From Methanobacteriota archaeon (GTDB lineage Archaea > Thermoplasmatota > E2 > DHVEG-1), in assembly GCA_963769885.1 (NCBI GenBank), contig CAVYNH010000005.1:32001-96000 (forward strand): a stretch of DNA of 64,000 nucleotides, given 5' to 3'. The notes under the pieces were generated by a model. It did not search any database. It had not been told where the DNA came from and saw only the letters and a program-made list of their open reading frames with translations. The position numbers were made by a program, and so were the translations under genes. Numbering within the stretch: position 1 is the stretch's first letter; each line of letters begins with the position of its first letter. This document shows positions 49,242 to 57,803 of this stretch, in pieces.

Positions 49242-50858
49242 TTAGGTGATCTTGACGAAGATCAGGTGTACTTTGCCGGTCGCGGTCTTCGAGGCGGCTT
49301 TGGCCGTGCACTGGACGTTGATGCTGCCCCAGCCGAAGATGAACTTGTCGGTCTTTACTGTGACAGACGCGCTCTTGTTGAGGCTGGGGATGGTCCCGTT
49401 GCTGCTGACGTTGATCTTGTGCAAGATGCCGCCAGTCACGGTGATGCTCCAGTCGAATGGGGTGGTCTGGTCGCCGGTCCCGGTATTCGTGATCTGCATG
49501 GTGACCTTGCCGATGGCGCCGGCGATGGTGCCGATCTCGATGACGGGGACCGCGGGCGTGTAGGCCGTGTTGTAGTAGATGTCAGTGTTGGTGGGGACGC
49601 GGGCGTCGTTCCAGACGGAGTAGATGTAGGTGCCGGAGCCGAAGAGGTCGTGGGCGTTGTTGTCGATGGGGCCGACGGTGTCGTCGGTGTTGATGAGCTG
49701 TTCAGTGCCCCAGTTGGCGCCGTTGTCGAGGCTGACTTTCCCGTAGATCTGGGTGCCCTTGATGTAGGTGCAGACCGCGGCGTTGCCGAGGATGGTGATC
49801 TGTGGGTAGAGCTCATCGTCGCCGGAGTTGGCGACGGTGACGGGGGCGAAGCTGGAGAATCCGTTCGTGGACCGGTAGCAGACGACGTCCTGGTTCCCTG
49901 CCTTGTCTGCGTTCACGACGAGCAGGACGGTGTTGTTGTTCGCGGCGACGTCAGGGTATTTCAAGTTGCCGGTGTCCGTGATCTGCTTGTTGAAGACGTA
50001 TGTGTGCCGACTGTTGACGTCCCAGACGCCGAAGTTGTCCTTACGGAGCAGCAGCTGGTAGTTGCCGCCACTGGGGTTGCGGTCCCAGACGGCGTAGGAC
50101 ATGTTCGTCACCTGGTCGATGTCGTTGGCCGCGTGTACACAGTTCGTTATGCCGGTCAGCCAGGAGATCGTCGCGGCTCCCGCCGAGCTGGTCTCATAGG
50201 TCATCAGGCAGGAGCCGGCGAGGTTGGCACCGCCATAGTTGTTGTAGCCGGAGAGGGCAATCTGGCCGAAGTTCCAGAGGCCGGGGTCTCCCCCTGGGCC
50301 TGTATGGGAGTAGGCCGCCAGGTGGAGGTTCTGGAACTCGCTGAAGTTGTTGTCTGACCATTCCCAGTAGACGCCCTGGGGGTTGGTCGGGTCGGTCGCG
50401 TCGGCGAGGAACACTTGCCCAGAGGTTGTGGGGTCCTGGTTCGGGGTCATGGTGCCCCAGAAGCTTCCCGTCTTGTAGTCGGTGCGGGGGAGGGTGAAGC
50501 CGAAGGTGTCAGGCCAGTAGACCGGCGTGGTCCAGTCGTTGGAGCTGGCGAAGACACAGAAGTAATCACTCGCGTCTGGGACGTAGGTCTGATAGCCGGC
50601 GAAGAAGACGCCTGCGGTGGAGTCCCCAGCCATGCCGGGGTGGGTGTCGTTGTAGTCGCCGCCGCTGATCGCCTCGCCGCCTTTGCCCAGGCACGCCGTG
50701 GAGATGTGCACAGATGGCAAGGAACGGCTTGTGGTCGTGCAGTATCTGGCTTCGATGTTGGAGTCAGAGGTCGTTTGTGCGGTCAAGCTTACACAGCTTG
50801 TAATCATCAGCCCAACAAACACTACAAGTGTTGTCCATTTCACGAGGTTGCGTTTCAT
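49242..50858 (-). CDS. Secreted beta-propeller (BNR/Asp-box-like) protein with conserved C-terminal domain
   Basis: Signal peptide, S.DNG..W and S.NG..SF Asp-box-like motifs, VW.D.R...DIYY; CTD homologous to that of 26190..27668. Confidence 0.75.
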   Translation of the reverse strand: MKRNLVKWTTLVVFVGLMITSCVSLTAQTTSDSNIEARYCTTTSRSLPSVHISTACLGKGGEAISGGDYNDTHPGMAGDSTAGVFFAGYQTYVPDASDYFCVFASSNDWTTPVYWPDTFGFTLPRTDYKTGSFWGTMTPNQDPTTSGQVFLADATDPTNPQGVYWEWSDNNFSEFQNLHLAAYSHTGPGGDPGLWNFGQIALSGYNNYGGANLAGSCLMTYETSSAGAATISWLTGITNCVHAANDIDQVTNMSYAVWDRNPSGGNYQLLLRKDNFGVWDVNSRHTYVFNKQITDTGNLKYPDVAANNNTVLLVVNADKAGNQDVVCYRSTNGFSSFAPVTVANSGDDELYPQITILGNAAVCTYIKGTQIYGKVSLDNGANWGTEQLINTDDTVGPIDNNAHDLFGSGTYIYSVWNDARVPTNTDIYYNTAYTPAVPVIEIGTIAGAIGKVTMQITNTGTGDQTTPFDWSITVTGGILHKINVSSNGTIPSLNKSASVTVKTDKFIFGWGSINVQCTAKAASKTATGKVHLIFVKIT

Positions 50859-50936
50859 AGGTAGAATATCCCCCTATCTTGTTTCTGGCTGCATTTCCGG
50901 AATAGATTATATAAGTACAAAGATATATTGAAGAGA

Positions 50937-50946
50937 TATTTAAAAG
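50937..50946 (-). promoter_or_regulatory. TATA box of gene 49242..50858
   Basis: tatttaaaagtat.gaa on the plus strand, nearly identical to 49132-49148. Confidence 0.5.
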
Positions 50947-51149
50947 TATCGAAAATAAAATTCATGTCCGCAGATTTTTATACCAAAAACCTACCTAGGT
51001 GGACCACACAGTCTCGTAGAGATTGCTAAAAAGGCTCAGGCACACTTCAGGAAGGAACAACAATTAAATAGGGGCTTCAGTAATATATATTCCGAAAGGA
51101 ACATTGACGTTTGCGTCAACAAGGGGGAAGTGAACGAGAGGTGAAACTC

Positions 51150-53813
51150 ATGAAAACCGCATGGTTAGGAACCATCCTGTTAGCTACCTTGCTCTGCCTG
51201 CCGCCCATCAGCGCGGCGCCCATCACCCGAACGCCAACCGAGGCCACGCCCACCGCACCCAGCACCCCATATCAAGCGACAGCCCCGCTGACGGCCAGCA
51301 TCCACATCGCCAGGCCCGTCGCCGGCTACGCCTACTTCTTTAACCTCAAACCCGTCCACCTCCCACGTCTCACCCAGGGCGCCCTCGTCGTCGGCCGCCA
51401 ACTTGTCATTGATACCGTCACCGACGGCATCGACCACACCAAGTTCGTCGCCACCCGCAAGGTCACCGGCTGGACCACCACCGCCTGGGACTACTCCGAC
51501 CTCGACGGCACCGGCACCAGCCTCGCCGTCACCACCGGCATCTACACCGTCACGGCCATCGGCTACGACGCGGACGACCACGAGATCGCCAGCGACGCCG
51601 TCAAGGTCTTCTACCTCAAGCTCGGCAACAGCGACTTCGGCGTCTGGGCCCACACCAAATACGACAACGGTATGACCATCACCACCCCCCTCAACATCGG
51701 CATCACCGACTTCGGCTCCATGCTCACCACTGGCACCGAGCACACCTACGCCGTCTCCCTGCAAAAACACGCGGACTCCACCCTCCGCCTCCGCTTCTCC
51801 CGCACCACCATCATGAACGACACCCACAACGTCGTCCAAGTCAGCTGCGGCCTGTCCACCACCGCAGACACCACCAAGGCCTACGAGATCTCCCTCGAAG
51901 TCCGCTTCCCCTTCGACACCCTCTCCGGCAACACCAGCCGCACCAAGAACGTCTCCGTCTTCAGCGCCTCCATCGGCTACCGCTCCACCTCCGGCACCAC
52001 CCCAGGCCTCAACAACGTCAACACCACCTTCTACTTCGGCCGCGAGAACCTCTCCGACCCCCGCATCTTCCGCCTCTGCCTCCAGCCTGAGAACGTCGAC
52101 GAACGCTCCAGCGTCACCTACTTCAGCCGCTACCAGACCGTCGACACCGCCGGCCAGGAGCGGTTCTTCCGCGAGTTCTCCGTCGCCTTCACCCCCGCCA
52201 CCGACCTTACCATCACCACGATCCCCCGCGAGGCCAAGGTTTCCTACGACTTCGGCCGCAGCGCCGGCATGCCCACCAGCATCGCCTTCCGCGCCGAAGG
52301 CGGCCTCCTCGACGACATCGTCCAGACCTTCCACGTTGACCCGCTCCCGCAGTACATGAACTTCGACCTCACCATCCTGGGCAGCCGGGAGTTCATCTAC
52401 CAAAGCGACCGCGCCTACAATATCTCCTACGCCCTGGACTCCGACCAGAACGGCAACCTTGTCACCCTCCAGGCCCAAAGCCTGCCCACCAACATCCACG
52501 CCACCTGGGGCGTCGACTTCGGCCTCCTCAGCGGCCACTCCTTCCAAAGCTTCCTCGACATCAACATGAGCGCTGAGATCGCCGGCCTCATCATCACCCA
52601 AGCGAACCTTACCACCCCCCTCGTCAACATCACCCACTTCCCCCGCCACTTCCGCGTCGACAGCCAAATCGACCTCCAAGCCGGCACCGGCAACATCACC
52701 CTCCATCGAAACCAGCCGGAACCCCGCACCGTCGCCCTCACCCTAGCCTATGACCACTTCACCATCTCTAAGTCCTTCATCCTCGCCAACGAATACCTCA
52801 CCCTCGCCTGGCAGCTCGACGTCGACAACGGCACCGGCCACGTCACCATCACCCGCGACAACAACGCAACCCTCCAATACCACACCGAGCTCAACTATCA
52901 GGGCTGGACCTTCGCCCACGACATGACCCTCACCAACCCACACGTCTCCTTCGCCTGGACCGTCGACCGCCTCACCCGCAAGGGCCACCTCGTCTTCACC
53001 CGCGACCCCACGGGCGACGCCCCAACGTTCTCCTCCCGGATCTCCTACATAGGCTGGGCGCTGCAGAACACCCTGCAGCTCAACAACCCCAGCACCGACC
53101 TCTATTGGGACCTCGCTGACGCCTCCGACCACCATGCTGTCATCAACCTCACCACCGGCGGAGGCCTGCTCCTCACCGACACCCTCAGCCTCATCGACAA
53201 CGGCAACACCATCCTTAACGTCAGCATCGGCCTGCAGACCGACAACCACTTCCAGGTCTCCTGGGACAACATCAACGGCACCATCAAGAACTTCCAATGG
53301 TCCGGCCACCTCATCAAGCTGACCAACCTCGCCCTGGCCGTCGACCTCCCCGGCGACCTCCTCACCATTCAGGGCGCCTGGCAGATGGGCAGCGGTGGCA
53401 CCGTCGACCTCACCATCAACAAACCCGTCACCGTCACCTTCGCCGACGTCCAGACCCCCCGATTCCAAATCCTCGGCTACGTGTCCTTCGCCGCCACCCG
53501 GCACCTCACCCTCCGCTGGAGCTTCGGCAGCCTCGGCTACCTGCGCGTCTACACCAACGGCCAGCCCCTCGGCGATGCCGCCGGCTTCAAGATCTTCTAC
53601 AACCCCAGCAACAGCGGCAACTACCAATACGGCTTCAACGCTACCACCACCAGCTTCCTGAATGCGAACTTCAACATCACCTGGAACACCAACCTCCCGC
53701 TCCCACGGGTCTGGTGCGCCGGGACCCTACCCCTCAACTGGCTGCTTAATTGGAACGCGGCCGTCATGCTCAACTCCGTCTGGTACCAATGCGACGGCTG
53801 GATCTACACTTAA
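51150..53813 (+). CDS. Large secreted all-beta protein with N-terminal Ig-like module and 49-aa internal repeats
   Basis: SD GAGGTG, signal peptide from ATG 51150, amphipathic beta-strand pattern throughout, no TM anchor. Confidence 0.85.
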   Translation: MKTAWLGTILLATLLCLPPISAAPITRTPTEATPTAPSTPYQATAPLTASIHIARPVAGYAYFFNLKPVHLPRLTQGALVVGRQLVIDTVTDGIDHTKFVATRKVTGWTTTAWDYSDLDGTGTSLAVTTGIYTVTAIGYDADDHEIASDAVKVFYLKLGNSDFGVWAHTKYDNGMTITTPLNIGITDFGSMLTTGTEHTYAVSLQKHADSTLRLRFSRTTIMNDTHNVVQVSCGLSTTADTTKAYEISLEVRFPFDTLSGNTSRTKNVSVFSASIGYRSTSGTTPGLNNVNTTFYFGRENLSDPRIFRLCLQPENVDERSSVTYFSRYQTVDTAGQERFFREFSVAFTPATDLTITTIPREAKVSYDFGRSAGMPTSIAFRAEGGLLDDIVQTFHVDPLPQYMNFDLTILGSREFIYQSDRAYNISYALDSDQNGNLVTLQAQSLPTNIHATWGVDFGLLSGHSFQSFLDINMSAEIAGLIITQANLTTPLVNITHFPRHFRVDSQIDLQAGTGNITLHRNQPEPRTVALTLAYDHFTISKSFILANEYLTLAWQLDVDNGTGHVTITRDNNATLQYHTELNYQGWTFAHDMTLTNPHVSFAWTVDRLTRKGHLVFTRDPTGDAPTFSSRISYIGWALQNTLQLNNPSTDLYWDLADASDHHAVINLTTGGGLLLTDTLSLIDNGNTILNVSIGLQTDNHFQVSWDNINGTIKNFQWSGHLIKLTNLALAVDLPGDLLTIQGAWQMGSGGTVDLTINKPVTVTFADVQTPRFQILGYVSFAATRHLTLRWSFGSLGYLRVYTNGQPLGDAAGFKIFYNPSNSGNYQYGFNATTTSFLNANFNITWNTNLPLPRVWCAGTLPLNWLLNWNAAVMLNSVWYQCDGWIYT

Positions 53814-53869
53814 AAGAACATTACCAAAGAACACATCCAAACCACAGAAAGAGTAGGAGTACACACGCC

Positions 53870-56843
53870 ATGCGACGACAAATCCTCTCCGGGACCATCC
53901 TCGTCCTCATGCTGACCGGCGGCCTTACCGGCACCCTGGCCGCCCAAGCACACGAACCGGGGATTCTCCACCTACACCTTCCAGGACGAATTCCTCGACA
54001 CCAGCCTTATCGACCCCACCCTCACCACCGGCGTCCAGATCCAAAGCGGCGTCGTCTCCATGCTGTACACCATCCCCGCCTGGGCGACCTACCCCGCCTG
54101 GCAGCGCCTCCGCCCCGTCTACCTCACCAACAACGGCTCCGCCGCCACCAACGCGATCGTCCGCATCGTCGTACCCTACGACGGCACCATGCAGTCCGAC
54201 TTCGACGACCTCCGGTTCACCACCAGCACCGGCGTCCCCCTCCTCTACAACCGCATCATTAAAACCGACGGCGACTCCGCCACCGTCCTCATCAAGATCC
54301 CCAGCCTCCCCCACGGCATGACCCAGATCTACATGTTTTACGCGAACCCCACCGCCACGGACGGCAGCTCCATGCTGCTCACCTGGACCAAGGTCACAGT
54401 CGACGACGTCCGCATCTCCTATGTGGGAGCGACAGAAGGCTGCTGGGGCCCTGCCGTCGCCCACGGCGTCAACCAGTTCCTTGTCACCTGGGCCGAAGGG
54501 CTCCCCCCAGAGACTTCGAGCGACGAGAGCCACCGGCTCATCCACCGCGAAATCCACGGGCGGCTCTACAACGGCCAGGGCGGCAACCCGATCCCCGTCC
54601 CCGGCGTCGGCGGCGACATCGTCATCAGCCCGACCACGGCGGTGCACGCCGAGAACCCTAGCGTCGCCTATAGCCCGCTGACCTCCCGGTATCTTGTCGC
54701 CTGGGAGGAGAACCCCACCCTCGCCCGCTATGCCATCGGCATCCATGCCACCGTTGTGCGGGCCTCCGACCACTTTGTGTACACCCCTGTGACCGTGGAC
54801 GACCCCATTTTTAGCGGCGGGTCGTACTGGCCCTGCCGCAACCCCTGCGTGGCCTTCGACAACCTCAGCGACCGGTTCCTCATCGTCTGGAGCAAATGCG
54901 ACGCGAGCTCCAACATCGACGTCTACGGCCGGCTTCTGGACTCCTACGGCGGCTGGATCGGCGGCGCCTTCGCCATCGCCAGCGGCGTCGGCTACCAGGG
55001 ACAGCCGTTCGTCGCCTCGGACAACGACGGCCATTTCCAAGTCTCCTTCGAGAACGGGACGAGCGGGACCAACGGGCCGCTCAGTGTGCGGTCAATCCTG
55101 TTGAACTCGAACGGCGCGCCAGTCAGCGCCTTCTACACCCTTGAGACGGGTAGTACCTATACAGACTGCATCTATCCCTCCTCAGCGTACAACCCCGCCA
55201 AGCAGCAGTACCTCACGGCCTGGAACACCGGGGACATCAGTGGATTGAACTACGCGGGCCGTATTGACGCCTTCCGGCTCTCCTATTACGGCATCCCGCA
55301 GGCGAGCATGCTGACGGTGAAGTCTAGCACAATCGCCAAGAGGACCAGTGTCGTCCCCTACTTCACCCCCGACTACCTCGTCTCGTATGATTATTTGGCG
55401 AAGGTCTACGGCCGGGTCGTCACCGACGACGGTATCCCCATCGAGACGGAGCTGCAGTTGTGTGACTCGCTCGCTGCGGGGGCGGACAACGCCGTCCTCG
55501 CCGTCAACGGCAGTAACGTCTTCGCGATCTGGGAGGATGAGCGGAACCATTACTACACGGAGGTCTACGGGAGTGTCTGGCATGTGGACCAGACCATGGT
55601 CACGACGCAGATGAGCTTCGGTGCGGAAGCCCCACTACTGTTGGACGCGACGTTGACCTCAGTTCCAATCACGCCGGAGAACTTCGTCCATTGGAAGCAT
55701 TTCGGCGACCGTAGCACGTTAAATAACTGCACGATCAACTTCCGGCTTCTCAACCAGAGCGGCACTCTCGTGCTGAAGTCCTGGATGAACAACGGCGAGG
55801 ACATCAGTCTGATCACCCAGCCTATCGTCCGAGTGCAGGCGCTTTTCCATCGGACCCAGCCGGTCACCAGCCCGGCGGTCGACTACTGGAACGTCACGGC
55901 CCTAGTAGGCGGCGACCTGGAGGCTCCGCACACGTGGGCGAACGTGTCTCCCGCGGTGCCGAACGGGGAGAACGGTTGGTACACGACGCCGATCCAGGTG
56001 ACATTGCAGAGCTTTGACAACGATTCACCGCCGCAGAACGTCAGCACCTACTACCGGCTCAACGGCGGTGCGGTGCAGAATTACACGGGTCCGTTTAACG
56101 TCTCTGAGGAGCAGGCGAACAACAGTGTCGAGTACTGGTCGCGGGACCTGGCGGGCAACGAGGAGCTTCCCCATAAGCTACTCTCAGGTTTGAACATCGA
56201 CGGCACCATGCCTTTTGTGACCATCACCTCTCCCAGCATGGTTATCTTCCTCGGCGAGGCGCAGATTGCGGGTGTGTCGGTGGAGGAGACGTCCGGGTCC
56301 GGGATTGACTTGGTGAGCGTCCTCATTAACGACGAGGAGGTCTATAGCCAGTCGTTTAATCAGACCCGCTGGGCGAATGTCTCGTGGAACTTCACGGCGC
56401 TCACGGGGGATTCCTATGATATCAAGATTCGGGCGTTCGACCATGCCGGGAATATCGGCACAGACCGCCGGTTGGTGAGCGCCTCAGAGTACGGCCTGTA
56501 TCTCCCTGGGTACCTCTACCTGTTCGACTCCCCCAAGATCGGGCCCCTATATCAGCTACAGAAACTAATGATGGCCGTGGTGATCAACTACGACATTTTG
56601 CATGTGGTCCTCCATTCCTTCCCAGCGGACGCGGTGTCCGCGGAGTTCACGGCGACGCGGCAGCTGCTGGCGGGGAACTACTCGTTCTATGATATGAACC
56701 TCAGCGACGGGGCGTCCTATGACATGCCGCTGCCGGTGGGGGTGTACCAGATCAGCGTGACCCTCTACGACGTCCAAGGGAGTCCAGTAAACCAGGAAGT
56801 CCTGATCTATAAGGTATTCGTGCTGCTGCTGAAGACCGCGTAG
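53870..56843 (+). CDS. Large secreted DUF2341 / beta-propeller / Ig-domain protein; frameshift after the signal peptide
   Basis: SD AGGAG, ATG 53870 and signal peptide in one frame, body in the +1 frame; MQSDFDDLRF..KIP.L..IYMFY.NP (DUF2341); seven P.VA..FLV.W blades; PNG.NGWY..YWS.D.AGN.E Ig module. Confidence 0.8.
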
Positions 56844-56946
56844 GTTTGGTTGCAGTCTTTTTTCTCTCTTTTTATATATCTTTTTGTATATTCTTCTGTA
56901 TAGCTTAAGGAAAATCATGGGGGTGTCCGCCCCCGACGGTAGAAAA

Positions 56947-57019
56947 CGCCCCGGTCGGGATTCGGACCCGAGTCGCGAACTCGACAGGCTCGCATGATAG
57001 GCCGCTACACTACCGGGGC
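56947..57019 (-). tRNA. tRNA-Asp (GTC)
   Basis: GCCCCGG acceptor, anticodon arm CGAGC-CTGTCGA-GTTCG, T-arm TCGGG-TCCGAAT-CCCGA; no encoded CCA. Confidence 0.95.
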
Positions 57020-57101
57020 AGCGGGGGGATAATCACTTCGGTTTCTTTAACCTTTTGGACTCCCCCAACAGTAGAAAAAACCCGATATTCAGCGGACTGC
57101 T

Positions 57102-57791
57102 TTACTCGATGGTGTCGGGGATCTCGCGAATCTCGCTAAAGAAGAGGTAACCGTCGATTTGCTGGCGGTAGTCGTCGTAGCCCTGCTGCTCCTGGCTGAT
57201 GATATCCTCCAGGCCGGTGAGGTTCTCGAGCAACTCGGCGACGGCCGTGCCATTGCCCAAGGAAAGGTTCTCAGCCGCCTGGCGCAGCAGCGCGGTCGCA
57301 TTGTACCGCAGCAAGGAAATGTTGCGGCCGGCGTTCGCAAAGCCGATATAGTAGCCGATGACTTCCAAATACTTCGAGGTGTTCGTCATCCCGCGGGCGG
57401 TGATGAAGTAGGGGACCGATGCGTTGAAGTTCTGGGCCGCCGTAAGGTACTGGCCTGCGGCCTCCGAGCAGTTCTCCAGGCTCTGGGGAATCAGCGAGAG
57501 GTTCTCCGTGTTCAAGGCCAGATTGAACCAGAACAAGGCGAAGTCGAAATGATAGTTCGCGATTTCCCGGGTCTCGCGAGCCGCATCTAACTTGATCGAG
57601 CCCTGGAGCATATGGTTGGTGAAGTTCTCGTTGCGGCTATTCAGGCCGACGATCTCGTTGAAATGCTGCGTATTGAGGATGTCGATTTGAGAGCGATTCA
57701 CGATGTCGGCCGCGAAAAAGGTGATAATGACGGCACCGACCATGATGGCTACCAGCATGATAAACATGTTCCTAGTGAATTCACGGGCCAT
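57102..57791 (-). CDS. Membrane-anchored helical hypothetical protein at the end of the pilus operon
   Basis: N-terminal TM helix followed by long amphipathic helices with N-x-S/T sequons; 12 nt from the upstream gene. Confidence 0.8.
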   Translation of the reverse strand: MAREFTRNMFIMLVAIMVGAVIITFFAADIVNRSQIDILNTQHFNEIVGLNSRNENFTNHMLQGSIKLDAARETREIANYHFDFALFWFNLALNTENLSLIPQSLENCSEAAGQYLTAAQNFNASVPYFITARGMTNTSKYLEVIGYYIGFANAGRNISLLRYNATALLRQAAENLSLGNGTAVAELLENLTGLEDIISQEQQGYDDYRQQIDGYLFFSEIREIPDTIE

Positions 57792-57803
57792 TGGACTCAG
57801 ACC

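Noticed and set aside
56919-56934. GGGGG-N6-CCCCC hairpin (similar G/C tract near 49212-49234) as a REP/MITE
   Set aside because: Too short, the copies are not clearly homologous, and no transposase is present; more likely terminator-associated.
32900-57100. Integrative element at tRNA-Phe or tRNA-Asp
   Set aside because: No integrase, no duplicated tRNA 3' end found by eye, and the DNA between the tRNAs contains core genes.
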